Source of the DNA: Heteronotia binoei | Lineage: Eukaryota | Length of the DNA: 64,000 bases | Reading direction: 5' to 3' | NCBI RefSeq assembly: GCF_032191835.1 | Contig: NC_083235.1 | Coordinates: 62,558,001-62,622,000, forward strand | In this document: positions 1-12,900 of the stretch, one piece after another | Layout: the number at the start of each line of letters is the position of its first letter | Numbering within the stretch: position 1 is the stretch's first letter | The notes under the pieces: model-generated | Databases searched by the model: none | Told to the model about the DNA's origin: nothing | Seen by the model: the letters and a program-made list of their open reading frames with translations, nothing else | Translations under genes and position numbers: made by a program

Positions 1-607
1 GATAGTGCGGCTACTGAAATCACCCAACAGAGACCGTTTTGACTAGCCACAAAGACAAGACAGTTTGCAGTGATTTCGGAGCAGAGGAAGCACAGGTTGT
101 GGGCCTCACCTTATGAAGGGCTTTGAAGGTAATAGCCAGCTCTTTAAATTGAACTCTGCAGCAAAGCAGTCGTCGATGCACTGGTCTCAGCATGGATGCA
201 ATATGGTCATGTCACCATGCTTGTGACCTACAAATTGTGGATTGTGTAGGGAAAATTAACCCGCATGAGCTCATGCCATCTGCATTTGCACATCTGCACA
301 GGCAACCAGCCATAGCATTTAAATGCAATTCTGTTTAGTGTACATGTGTTCCTAAAATACAGCCGTTATGAAAGACGTCTCGTTTCTAAAGCCAAACAGT
401 AGGACTGTCCCCAAACCTTGCCTGGTGGTTCAAAGTTAGGAAAGGTGCCTCTCTCTCATAACACAAGGATGTCCTCTAGTGTGGTTTTAAAAAGGCCTCA
501 AAGGTGCCTCGTCTTCCTGTCGCAAATGTTCATGATGCTCCTGTTTGTTTGAGAGAGGTTCAAGGATTGTGGGTTTGGGTTTTAATTTTCCTCTTTGCAA
601 TTCACAG

Positions 608-781
608 CAACAGCGACTGGAGCACCTGGAGGAAAAGCTGCGTCTGATGGCGCAGTCCCGTGACGAGGCACAGAATTACTGCCTGCAGCAGAAACAAGCT
701 GTGGCTGAGGCACTCGGAAAGGAGAGCCAGCTGAGCCTACACTTGGAAGGACTCAAGAGGCGGCTGGAAGAGCTTCAGCAG
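608..781 (+). CDS. LRRC45: LRRC45 coding exon (third from last), coiled-coil region [10 protein letters not shown]...RRLEELQQ
   Basis: cacag|CAA acceptor and CAG|gtgagt donor; 174 bp. The translation matches the C-terminal coiled coil of vertebrate LRRC45. The gene starts upstream of the window. Confidence 0.9.
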
Positions 782-1131
782 GTGAGTGGGGAGAGTGGCT
801 TGAAAGGGTTGTGTGTGTGTGGGCAACGTGCATATTCCATAGCCAGTAAACTCAGCTTGGATTACAGCTTTTCAAAGGCATACAATATCTTCTTATTGCA
901 GTATTCTAGGAAAAAGTGGGGTTGGGGTGTTGCAAGAGCAGTGTAGAAAAATTTAAACGCTCAGGACAAGACAGGCAGTTTCTCTGACTGGTGTCCTGGA
1001 CCGTGCCTCAAATTCCCTGTATAATCATAAGAGTCAGCAACTTTTAAAACACATACAATGTGGCATTTTAAAAAAATTTGTTGGGTATTTTAAATCTTTA
1101 ACCTTCCTCTAAGAAACTCAAGGGCAGTGCC

Positions 1132-1504
1132 CAGGGCGGTTTTTTTGTAGAAAAAGCCCAACAGGAACTCATTTGCATATTAGGTCACACCCCCTGCCAT
1201 CGCCATTGTTTTCCATAGAGCTTTTTTGTAGAAAAAGCCCAGCAGGAACTCATTTGCATATTAGGTCACACACACCCCGCCATCGCCATTGTTTTCCACA
1301 GGGCTTTTTTGTAGAAAAAGCCCAGCAGGAACTCATTTGCATATTAGGTCACACACACCCTGCCATCGCCATTGTTTTCCACAGGGCTTTTTTGTAGAAA
1401 AAGCCCAGCAGGGATCAATTTGCATATTAGGCCACACACCCCGAGGCCAGGTCAGCCAGAGCTGCATTCCTGGTGTTCCTGCTAAAAAAACCAAAAAAGC
1501 CCTG
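1132..1504. mobile_element. hAT-type MITE with internal ~82-bp tandem amplification
   Basis: Termini cagggc...gccctg and an exact 8-bp TSD gcagtgcc (1124-1131 and 1505-1512). Confidence 0.8.
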
Positions 1505-1770
1505 GCAGTGCCTGTGGTTCTGCCTCTCATCCTTTTTATCCTGCCAACAGCTCTGTCATGTAGGTTAACCTGAGAGACAGTCATTGATTCAAGCAAAGAT
1601 TTGAATCTGGTTATCCCCTACCTGAGTCCCGCACTCTAGCCGCCACATCATAACAACTGTTGGGACAGGGTTCCAGTTTTTGTGACATACAATACATGTC
1701 AAATTACATACTGCCTCAATGATGCTAATGATGCCTGGCCCCACTGACAGACCTCCTCATGGTGCCTGGG

Positions 1771-1850
1771 TTTTTTGGCCACTGTGTGACACAGAGTGTT
1801 GGACTGGATGGGCCATTGGCCTGATCCAACATAGCTTCTCTTATATTCTT
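1771..1850 (+). mobile_element. CR1 LINE 3' tail fragment
   Basis: ccactgtgtgacacagagtgttggactggatggg...ttatattctt; same tail as 42070-42131, 48330-48404 and 57470-57547. Confidence 0.75.
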
Positions 1851-2130
1851 CACGTGCACATAAACATGTCCCAGTGTTATGACTGCAGAAATCTGTTTCT
1901 ACAGACTACGGAAATTTGTTTCTGTTTATCAACTTCCCAACATAATGGTCTGCCACACTTATATTTCATTGAGGTGTGCATAGCACATATAAAGCTGGAG
2001 GAAGTGCAGCAGAAATTAGGAGAATTAGGATTCCTTCCTTGGTGACAGGGTAGTATCTGTGGCAGGCGATGTGGCTGTGCTCAGACTGTAGGCGTCTTTG
2101 ACTACTCTGCCCCATGTACTTGTATGGCAG

Positions 2131-2278
2131 GAGCTGAGCAGCAAGGAACAGGAGAAAGTAGCCGAGGTCAACAAGGTGCGAGTGGAGCTGCAGGAACAGA
2201 TTGGACACCTGGAAGCAGAGAGGACGGTGCAGGAAGGCTTGCGAGAGAAAATTGCAGCCCTAGATCGGCAACTGAAAG
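2131..2278 (+). CDS. LRRC45: LRRC45 penultimate coding exon [10 protein letters not shown]...AALDRQLK
   Basis: ggcag|GAG acceptor and G|gtgctt donor; 148 bp; in frame with the flanking exons. Confidence 0.92.
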
Positions 2279-2506
2279 GTGCTTGGTTAGAAAGGGTACA
2301 CTTCTGCTTCTCAGAAGGATAGGAAATAAGAGTGTCACAATCTAGCAGGACCTTGAAGCTCATAGTTTTCTGCTGCTTACTTTTCCAAGTGCTTTTATTT
2401 GTTTATAGTTCCCCTTTCTCACTGAGATGGCATGCACGCACACAAAAACTTGTACCCAGAATACGATGCCACTGGACTCAGACTTGGTGGTTTACAGAGT
2501 CTGATA

Positions 2507-2815
2507 CAGGGGTGGCCAGACTGTGACTCAGAAGCCATATGTGGCTCTTTTACACATATTGTATGGCTCTTAAAGCCTCTGGCATCCTATCAGCTGACTT
2601 GGAGAAGANNNNNNNNNNNNNNNNNNNNNNNNNNNNNNNNNNNNNNNNNNNNNNNNNNNNNNNNNNNNNNNNNNNNNNNNNNNNNNNNNNNNNNNNNNNN
2701 NNNNNNNNNNNNNNNNNNNNNNNNNNNNNNNNNNNNNNNNNNNNNNNNNNNNNNNNNNNNNNNNNNNNACATCTGATGCTTATTCTATTACATTAAGCAA
2801 GTTTGGTCACCCCTA
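2507..2815. mobile_element. Probable hAT MITE spanning an assembly gap (N 2609-2768)
   Basis: caggggtggcc start and ggtcacccct end; no clear TSD. Confidence 0.45.
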
Positions 2816-4987
2816 GTATAAGAAAATGCAGTCACTTAGCATGAGACATCCAATGAACAATGCAATAAGACTTGAATTTCAAAAATTAGAAACTGCAAAA
2901 AAAGGCATATCAGATATGATGTGTCATGATGCAAAAACTTGAATATACAAAAGTAGATAAAATGCTATGAGAGTAAGGTAATATGTACAACGAACAGTGG
3001 AACAGATTAAAATCATGTTCCCTTTATAAAAACGTCTTCCATACCACAGTATTATTCCTTTTATAGAAACGCCCTCCTGAACAATTCTGTTTTAAAGTTT
3101 GTGGAATTACAGAAGTGTGTGTGTGCGGGAGGGCTTCCTGAGCCATTTGGGCAGGCCATTCTACAGTGTGGGGTGTTAAATGACCCTGTCTTGATGCTGG
3201 GGAAATTAGCTATGAGACTGAGGAGGCCAGAAGGTTATAGGGATTACACACCCTTGTATACCAAGTTCAAGCTCAATAAGAAGACTCCAGAATTAAAAAG
3301 GCTTTAAGAACTTGGAAAATATGCTGTTTACAATCACACTTAAGTACATACACAATCAAAAACTAGGGAAATAAGAGGTGAAAATATAGACATTTGGGAG
3401 CAGTTATGAGGGTTATACTATCTTTCCAGATGTGCAAACATCCATGTAGAAGGGAGCGTGTACGGCCAGCATGTCATGCAAAGGAGGCCCAAATAACAGA
3501 CTTTGGGGGTGTAATCTATGTAGGTGCCCTCAGATTGCACACTCAGGCATAGTTTGCCCTCAACTTTTATAGGATTTTGAAGCGTGGTCTCCCATTCTGG
3601 AATGCAGTGGGTTTAATTATTGTTGATGGGCTTTCTGGAGCAAATTGAATAGATTTCCAGGTTTAGACAAAAAGTATCAGGAAGAATCATTAATGATTTA
3701 ATATTTGGATTAATTTACCTCTACTCTGAGGGAGGGGACGAGAAGGGTGGGTTTGGTGTACAGTGGATTTGTACATTAACATAGGTATCACGCAGAAAGG
3801 GTTCTGGAGACAGGAGAAAATTAACCAGGTGTTGCCATCCAGCTTTGAGAATGCAGATACTTTACCTGATGGAATTCATTGTTTCTGTCATTCCATTGCT
3901 TGGTGGGCTTGGGCTCGAGGATGCCGTTTGCAGCCCTAGACAGAAATCCATTGTGCACAGCCTTGGCTGGCTCTTTGGCACAGGCTGAGAGTGTTCTCAC
4001 TTGGCTTGTCTTTTTGGGATCTCTGGTTCAAGTCAAGAGTGGGGACCCCTGCTTTTGGGTGATCCCACAAACTAGGCCACAGGGGAAAGCATGTGTATGG
4101 GCAACTGTCAGTCTTACCCATTTGCAGAATGGCACTTTCAGAAGGCTTTGCTCAGATGAGTGAAGCTGGTATGGTGGAACATGTCAGGAGAGGCGGTCTT
4201 GCCGATATAGGGTTCGAAGGCCATTAAGGGCTATATATATATATATATAGGGAATAACCAGTACCTGAACTGAACTTGGTAAATGATATGAGAAGGACTT
4301 ACCTTACTTCAGTTATGACCCAAGCTTAGATCTGGTCTTTTGAAACTTTTGTCTCAAATTTCTATCCCCCAACTAGGTTGAGACCAAAGGAGGTAGGGAT
4401 GGTTGGATACGGGTCTCAACCTTGGAAGAAATGAGAGGGCTGCTTGAAGGACCCCATGAGGCTGTGTGTGCCCTAAATGAAGATGAGCACTTAGAGGAAG
4501 GAAAAGCAGAAGTATTGGTGTGTGGGGAGCGGGATATAGTTTGATTCTAGATATGTGACAGCATGGTTCTAGAATGGGAATGGTGGTACTGGTGAGGACC
4601 TCTGCAGTTTGCCATATGTGGACAGATGTTTCATCCAGCCTACAGCGTTAGGAAGAGCTTTCACTCCTGTTTGCCTGTTATCCCATGTAGGAATTCTACA
4701 AGCAGCAGCATTAACTATCTGTCTGTCTATCTATCACAGCTTATATCCTGCCCTACCCCGTAAGTGGGTTCAGGGTGGCTCGAATCTTTGTTCTGTAAGA
4801 GGGGCTGACAGGAACATCCTGCAGGGAGGCAAGTGATTGGTCACAGTTGGGACCAAATTCTGACTTTTCCATATGAGTGAGTGGTTATCTTTTGCTGCTC
4901 TATAGAACTTACTTGCTCTGAAGAGTATTTTTTTCTTTCTGAACCAGAAAGCTTGAGTCTGCTAATGCTTTATTTCTCCTCATGTAG

Positions 4988-5184
4988 TGCTGTCCAGTAA
5001 TCACCGGGAGGCGCTGTTGGACAAAGATAGTGAAATCTCAAGCCTGCTGGAGAAGCTGCGAGTTCGAGAGGCAGAGATCTCCAGGATGAGGGAAGAGGAA
5101 GCTCAAAGAGCCAGTGTCCTTCAGAATGCCATCATGACTTATGTTCAGGGCTCTCCCCTGAGTTCTTTTATCCCCAGGAAGTGA
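4988..5184 (+). CDS. LRRC45: LRRC45 last coding exon (V)[10 protein letters not shown]...[10 protein letters not shown]
   Basis: catgtag|TG acceptor; TGA ends at 5184; similar to the human LRRC45 C-terminus (...AYVQASPVRTLSPPK). Confidence 0.92.
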
Positions 5185-6589
5185 GCGATAAGTCTTGAAG
5201 GCTCTTGCCCCAGCTTCCATAAACAGGAGTCTCAGATTGAGGATCGTGGTCAGTTTGTGGGATATCCTAGATTCTGGCTTGTATCATTGAGAGCTCACAA
5301 CATTGCATGGGACATTACCTGAGTTTGGGCTGTCATTCCAGGACTTGAAGTTGTTATAGGAACCATTTTCATGGCCTGTGGCCAAGCCTGGCTTTGTTGA
5401 ACCCTACAAGCCGTGTTTTAAGACCCTAAGCCATAGCCGTTCATTCTGTGTTCTAATCTGTAGCCCATTAGGGAAAAGCCTGTTTGAATGAGGTAGGAAC
5501 AATAATATCTTCCTCTGCATATTGGGTAGAACTCACACATTATCCCCTGTACTGTGATTATGCTATGATGGTGCCTAGAAAAACGACATTGGAGTAGTGA
5601 CTGAAACCTCTGATGTCACAAATCACCCCATGCAGTACTTCCTGTGCCACTATTTCACTTCCACGGCAGTAATAGATGAAAAACATCAGAAAAAACCCTG
5701 ATATGCACAACCTGCGTGATCATGAGGGGGGGCATGGTTGAGGAAGGTGCTGCTTGATATAAATCATCTGATTCATAGCCTTTTAAAAGAGCTATGAATT
5801 TATGCTCTGTGCCTGATCATAGCACTATTGCCTAAGCTTTCTGAAGTGTAAGTACAGAGAGCAAGCTTCTGGCACCAGCGTGTGATTTCTTTGGCCTTCA
5901 TACTACAGATCAAGTATCCCAATAGGCACATAAAGGCTTCCTTTCCTGGTTTATCGTTACTGAGCGGTGTCATCCCTTTGCCCTTTACATGTGACAGAAT
6001 TTTAACAGGTTAGAATGAGGGTTGAGGGTCTGGGTTGACTCCTAGGGTTTGCGATGTTCCTTCCTTCCTGCAGGAAATTAACTCAGGGATGGGCAAGCTT
6101 TCTGTAAAATTCTAACTGCAACTTTTAAATCAGGAGGAAAATCAAATGCTTATTTCTGCCTAACTTCAAGGGCCAGTTTGCATTTAGGCGCTCTGTTGCT
6201 CTGTATAATGTTCTTTGTATGTTTTGTCATGTATACATAGCTGCTTTACATTTCCATGTGATAATGATATATTTTAGTCAACTTCCATATGAATTAAGAA
6301 CATAAATTGGCAAAATCTCTCTCTCTCTCTCTCTTTTTTTTTTTGCTGATTTTACGGGGAAACCCTTCAGCTTTTTTCTCCTCAGTACATTTCAGTTTCA
6401 AGGAATATTAATTTAAAAGAGAGTGGAATTTTAATATGTTGTCAAAGGCTTTCACGGATGGAGTCCATTGGCTGTTTTACTGTGGCATTTTAATTTTGGT
6501 AAATTAGAATAGAATTTTAATTTTTGTAAAATATTGTCCATGCTGCTAGGATTTAGGGAAATTATTTCTGAGCAATAGGGTATATTTGA

Positions 6590-8980
6590 AGCCACCTGGA
6601 GGGGAGGGGGTTTGAGGGAGAGCCCCCAAATTTGCAGGGGACTCTCTCCTACAAACCCCCCAAGTCCCAAAAAGATTGGTCCAAGGGGTCCCATTCCAGG
6701 GGCACCCAAAGAAGGTGCCCCTATCCCACCATTATATCCTATGGGCCATTGAAATCAATGGTAATGTAGGGCATAATTAGAGGCTACTGGGGGGCAGGGG
6801 GTTTGAGGGAGAGCCCCCAAATTTGGAGGGGACTCTCTCCTACAAACCCCCCAAGTCCCAAAAAGATTGGTCCAAGGGGTCCCATTCCAGGGGCACCCAA
6901 AGAGGGTGCCCCTATCCCACCATTATACCCTATGGGCCATTGAAATCAAGGCTACTGGGGGGCAGGGGGTTTGAGGGAGAGCCCCAAAAACGGTAGGGAA
7001 CCCGCAGGGAACTCTCCCCTATAAAACCCACAAGTCCCAAAAAGATTGGGCCGGGGGTCCCTGTCTTTGGGCTCCCCAAAAGGCCCATTGCCACCAATGC
7101 TGGGGAAAGCCCAATTAGCCACTTCCTCCACTATAATTGCTGTGGGGAAAGTGGCTCTGGCCAGAGGGGGGTTTGAGGGAGAGGCCCCAAAACTGCAGGG
7201 CAGCTTCAGGGGACTCCCCAGCATGAAACCCCCCTGGCCCAAAAAGACTGCACCCATCAGCGGGCACCCCAAAAGGAACACTGCTCCCAATGGTGAGAAA
7301 AAACCAATTAGAGCCACTTCCCTCACTGTAATTGTCATGGGAAAAGTGGCCCCGGGGAGCAGGAGGTTTTGAGGAGAGCCCCCCAAACTGCTGTGCAGCT
7401 TCAGGGCACTGTCCACACAAAACCCACAAGGCCAAAAAAAAATTGGACCAGGGGGTCCAATTCCTGGGGCACCCAAAGCCAAACCTAACTTCACACCAGA
7501 TAATCTCTATAGGACCCAAATGCACTACATCCCTCTATCTACTCTATGAACCCTGCAGGCCCGGAACCAATATAAACCCAGTTGCCAAAGTCACTGCCAC
7601 ACAAAACACAATCTGCTCAAGGTCTGCTCTGCAGACCTGGCTGCAGCAAACCCAGATGCCAGCTCTCCAGCCCTGCCCCAAACAACACGGGGAGAGCTGG
7701 CTAAGCACAACAAGCCTTCTGGTTCTGGGTCTCTCACCCAGGTGCCAGCTTCCCTGCCACAGAACACACAATCTACAGATGCCAGCTCTCCAGCCCTGCC
7801 CCAAACAACACGGGGAGGGCTGGCCAAGCACAACAAGCCTGCTGGTTCTGGGTCTCTCGCCCAGGTGCCAGCTTCCCCCCCAAAAAACCAGAACCAGGAA
7901 AAGGGACAACAGGAGAAGGCCAAGAAACTCAACTGTTAAAAAGTGGCCTTTTAAACAATGAAAATTAGGCCAAACAGCCCCGCCCCCAAGAACCAGAAGA
8001 GAAAAAGAACAACAGCAGCACAACACAGCAGCAACAAATCAAACATAGAATCCTTTTAAAACAGTAAAAAACTTAACTTTTAATCCTAATCCCAAGAAAT
8101 CCAAGCCACCCAAATCAGGAAAAGTAAAAGGACACTGCACTTTTAAAAGTCCTCTCACTAAAGTAAGATATGGGCAAATTGGCAGAAACCCCCCCACCCT
8201 TGGCCCCCTCCCCCAGCAGAACCCCCGAACCCTAACCCCAAATAAGCTACCCACCACCCAAATCTGGATAAGTAAAGGGACTCTGAGTCTTAAAAAGTCC
8301 TTTTACCAACTAAAATATAAACAAGAACCCCAAGACCTTAGACGTCTTCTCTATTCCAGGCAAGTCTGGTAAGGCTGAGAGAGAGCAGCAGCAGCTGAGG
8401 CCAAGGGCCAGCACAGCACAATCTCTCTCTCACACCAACACAGCAGCAATGGAGGAGTCCAGCCAGGCAGACTCCTTAAAAAGGTTCTCTGGCCCTACAG
8501 AGAGCAGTTTCAAAAAATAGCACTGCTCTGTGATTGGCCAGACAACAGTGCTTACCCAAGTAAGCAAAAGATCAAAAGAACAACAATGTTGCTGATGGCT
8601 GGGGGATCAGCTACACAACAGCCCTGCAAAGCATGCATTTGTAATGCATTTTGCAAATGCATGCTTTGGATTGGCTGCTGGGGCTCCTCTTCCCCCTCCC
8701 TCCCTCTCTGATCCCAGGGAGGCTATGCGAGAGGCGGGAAAAGGCTGCGAGAGGCGGGAAAGGAGGCAAGCAGCTCCCCTGAGGCTGCAGAAGCCCCTTT
8801 CCCGCCTTTTGCATTGAATTCCGTATACTTCCGAATATATATACGGAAGTATATGGGGAGCCATACTCGGCTCCCGCATAATAGGTCCCAATTGGAATCG
8901 GCTGTATGCGATTCCGTATACAGCCGAATGTGGTGATTCGGCGGTTGATTCGGTTCGGCCGAACCGAATGCACACCCCTA
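6590..8980. repeat. Large composite non-autonomous repeat with internal ~190-bp tandem modules, a 123-bp direct repeat and one TIR-like end
   Basis: Repeated gggtttgagggagagcccc...aaaaagattgg...ggggcacccaaa units 6590-7480; direct repeat at 7653/7776; clustered ccgaat/ccgtat subterminal motifs; right end ...aatgcacaccccta at 8980. Confidence 0.6.
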
Positions 8981-11470
8981 ATTGGGGTCACGGTGCTGGA
9001 GAAGGGGCAGGGGCTTTAACTTTTCCCCATTTGTAAATGTCCACCCCTGCTCTGGCATGGTTAATCTCAATTGGAGAAATGGTGCTACAGCAAGAATGAC
9101 AGGGAAAAAAACCCTCCACGCTACAACACCCTTCCACAGCAGTTGATCTTTATGACCAAATTTGTCTGGGATATGTCAGACTCTTATGCAGTTTGACCGT
9201 AAGCTTAATTGTTTGTAAATAGCTAACTGGACAAACAAATATCTGAAATATACTGCACAATGCTAAACAAGAGTTATATCCTGCTAAGCCCATAGGACTT
9301 AGAAGGGTATAACTCTTCATAAAGTAACACCACTAGTAGCTTCCTAATCCAAGAGAGGTCTTCTCTGTGTGCTTTTCTTCCATAGTCCAACTAATGTTCC
9401 TGTTATTGTGCCCCTTAACAAAGAAATAACCTCCTCCCCAAAGCCTCAAAGTGTCAGCAATCTTTTTTATGTCAAACCGCCATCTTAAAAGTTTCTAAGA
9501 CAGGATTCCTGCCTTGGTAGTGATTGGCCAAGGCGGTTTCAACTGGCACAGGCATTCTATGACATTTTATAGGGTTTTTTTTTTAATTGTCTTGTTATCC
9601 TTTTGATTTTTTTTTTTTAGGTTCAGTGCTGATACCTGATCAAGACTGCATGGATATTTTGCAGTGCATATGTTGTGCAAAAAGCTGGTAGGATGTAGCA
9701 GAATGATCAGAATCTGAGAGGGCTAGCTTCAGATCTCCCATCTTGGTGTCCTTGGACCACTCCCACTCATTTTCATCAGTCTCTCTTATATCGCAGGGCC
9801 GTTGTGAGGATAAAATGGGAAGAACTCTGAGCTCCTTGGAGAAAAAATGCATACCTGATGTGGGATCCTGCCCATAAGAATAGCAGCAAAGTAGACAGCA
9901 TTACTGAGGGCATAGCAGGATTGTTTTGCAAAGACAATGTGGTGAGGAAAAGGGCAACACTCGGCCACGATTCCCTTTGCTCTTTTCAGAGCTTGCTTTA
10001 AGTGGTTCTGGAGGGAATTGGAGTGTAGTTCATTCATGCCTGTCTGGAATAATCAACACCTGACAGCCCGCTGGCCAGTGGCAAAGACACTTCCTCTTGC
10101 ATGCACATACAGACAGTGCCCCAGGGCTCTCATTTTACCAGAGTATTAAAAATATCCAACCCAGCTGTTAATGAGACTTGACTGCTTCTATAGGAAGGCA
10201 GAGATTTGTTCTCTCCTGGGCTTGTCCTGCATTTTAGGGAGTTAATACTAAAGGGCATCAAATCAGCATCCAGCAGCAAATCAGCAGATTTGAGGCGTCT
10301 GTAATGTGTGTCGGGGAAGCCGGGAATTTTCATGCATGACACTTTGGGCCTCTCTTGCATTTTGCACTTGTGTGTGGTTGTACTGTATGATGGACAAAAG
10401 CCATTTTTAATCTAAGGTACCTTATACCCAATGTGTGCCTTTGAATTATTTATGTGGAAACTGCAAAAACTAGATCTATGAATCACATGGAAATTCCCTC
10501 AATATCAGTATGCTGGAAACTGAATGGAAGTGGCTAAGCAAACTTGTCCCTTAAAGCAAAGTGATTATATCAATAATTCCCTGGAGAAAGGAGCAATATT
10601 TCAGACTTCAGCAGAGAAAGATTTTCAAGCAGTTTTAAAAGCTCCACCTTTTATATATTAATGGGTTAAATTGCAAACAGCAATATGTTAAAATGTATGC
10701 TGTTCCTTTGAAGAAAATATAACAACTGTACCAATAGTATTAGTAAAGGTCAGAGAATCACTGTTCTCTTTCTAAAGCAAAGGGGCTGTAAAGCTCATTT
10801 AATTGTTTAGAATAGATAGCTGATATACAGAACCAGTGAATTGATACGAAATACACTGACAGAAACGCAGAGCGCTGAACTAACTGAAGCTTGAATTCAG
10901 TGACTGGAATTCTGGACATATTTCTGGAAATTATCTGGTCATCCTAGAAAACCTGCAGTTCTGTACATTCCTTCTTGCCAAGATGGGGAGGTGGAAATTT
11001 GTGTTCAGTTGGCCTCCTAGGTCAGGCCAAGATGTTTCTCTCCGTATGGCAGTGTGACATCTGCCTCAGCCACAGAATTGCTTGCCATTTAGATTTCTGT
11101 GTTGACTTGTAATCTCCATCCTTTTTGCATTGCAGAGTGGAAACTGTAACCCCATAGGTTAAGGAGCACGCACTGGAGGCTTCAGACCCGAATCTGGTCC
11201 CTCTAGCTACTAGCCAAGGCAACAAAGTATGTGTGGAGATACTGGTGTTGGCCATAACAATTGGGTTTACTGGCGGTCTGCTTTGAAGGATAGAGATGGG
11301 AGCTGACCTATCGCTTTACCGTCCTTTCCACAGATTGCTACCCACCCACCCTTGCGCCTTCTGGCACTGTGCAAAACTAATTGTAATGGCAAGAGTTACC
11401 TGAGCCGTGAGTAGTGTTATCACTTTCTCCCGATAGGAAGGGGTACTGAACTGTTAAGGACTGCCCGACA

Positions 11471-11628
11471 GGCAGAAACTCAATGGGTGAAGCATCCTCC
11501 TACTAAGAAAAGCTCTCTATATCTGGCAGAAACTCGATGGGTGACGCATCCTCCTGCTAAGAAAAGCTCTCTATATCTGGCAGAAACTCAATGGGTGAAG
11601 CATCCTCCTGCTAAGAAAAGCTCTATCT
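11471..11628. repeat. 54-bp minisatellite, 3 copies
   Basis: ggcagaaactcaatgggtgaagcatcctcc...ctatatct starting at 11471, 11525 and 11579. Confidence 0.9.
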
Positions 11629-11929
11629 GTTAACAGACAGAAAAAGTGGTCATTGTGGCTCTATCACAGGCAGAGTTGTTGTGTCAACCCTCCGGGGAAG
11701 AGGAAACTCCACATGCCCAGATCCCTCATCCAAGAAGCTGACGCCTTGTTCCATTACCCTGCCCAGCTAAGCTTAAAGATGCCTCTCGAGGGCTGCTTCC
11801 CTTTCTCCTGCTGGTGGCAGCCCCGCAAGGCGCCCGAGCGCTAATTAGCTCGTTGCTAAGATACCGGTGGTTGGTTGCTCCTAAAAGCAAAGGGAGGCAT
11901 CTGTTGGGTCCTAAAATGCGGGACGCTCC

Positions 11930-12900
11930 CAGCCTCCGTTGGTAACACTGGAGCCCCGTCGAGGCGGGAGCCGCTCTCTCTTGCGCTGCTTCCTTTCACA
12001 CGACCCCTCTCCCGAGGGCTGGCGAGGAGGGGCTGCCCCACTCCACCCTCCCGCTCCTCCTCTCCCCCCAGCCCAGCCCCGCCCCGCCCGGCTCTGTCTC
12101 GCCGCGTCTCTCTCTTGCTCGCTCACTGCGGCTGCGGGCTGCATCCATCGCGGAGGAAGCCGAAGAAGGGAGCCGGGAGTCGCAGTCCCAGCCCGCTTCG
12201 CTCCCGGGGCAGATGCAGGCCATCAAGTGTGTGGTGGTGGGAGACGGGTGAGCGCCGCCAGGGACCGCGATCCGGGGCGGGGGGGACGAGAGGCTGGCGC
12301 TGGGCCAGGCGGACCATGTGCCGTCGTCGGCGCCAGGCCAGGGTGGGGTCGGCGAGAGGGCACGGCGCCGCGCTCCCCGTTTCGCTCCCTGGGTCCGGAG
12401 GCGCTTTCTGCACCGACGAGCTGGTGCAAAAACCGGCAGGCGTTTGGTTGCCTTTGAGTCCTCCGACGCACACACCCATTGTGGCCCCCGGCAAATCGAC
12501 GCCGCCCCACCCCGCCCGAGGCGTTCCCGTTGCAATCCTTGCCCCTGGCAGGAGCCGCTCCCCCCCCCAAAAAAACAACACCATTTTCCGGTTCCCTCGC
12601 TCTGCCCCCTCCCATCTGCTGCAGTCTCCAGGGAGGGCCTTCGCCACCCTTGCCATGGAGCTGCCCCTCGGGAGTATTGTTATCTCCGCCATGTGTTTGG
12701 GTGCAGGCTGGGAAGAAGGCGAGCCTTTTATGCAACCAGCTGGCGTTTCAGACAGGGCGGGACCTTTTTTTTTGTAGCCTGTTCCCTAACTACTGGACCC
12801 AGAGCCGGCGGGCTTGTGGTGCGTGGTAGGTAGGCTTTGGAAAAACCTGTGCAGCCGAGAGCGCGGCCATTGTACTCAAAAGTAGGACGTTTCCTCCTGT
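11930..12900. promoter_or_regulatory. CpG-island promoter and 5' end of RAC3
   Basis: Very high GC and CpG density around exon 1; limits approximate. Confidence 0.8.
12213..12247 (+). CDS. RAC3: RAC3 exon 1 (MQAIKCVVVGD G). Full CDS join: 12213-12247, 17890-17961, 18786-18903, 19627-19689, 19982-20141, 20609-20739 = 579 bp, 192 aa
   Basis: Canonical Rac N-terminus, 35 bp, GG|gtgagc donor, inside a CpG island. Confidence 0.97.

Noticed and set aside
6952-8026. ORFs of 110-209 aa
   Set aside because: They lie in GC-rich tandem modules of a repeat and show no transposase or other domain.
9440-9660. YY1-like ccgccatctt, a CCAAT box and a strong poly-T acceptor at 9620
   Set aside because: No ORF, donor or homology supports an exon or promoter; such short motifs are expected by chance.
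11875-12833. Many long overlapping ORFs (up to 300 aa) on both strands
   Set aside because: Stop-poor CpG-island sequence around RAC3 exon 1; Pro/Arg/Gly-rich with no recognisable domain.
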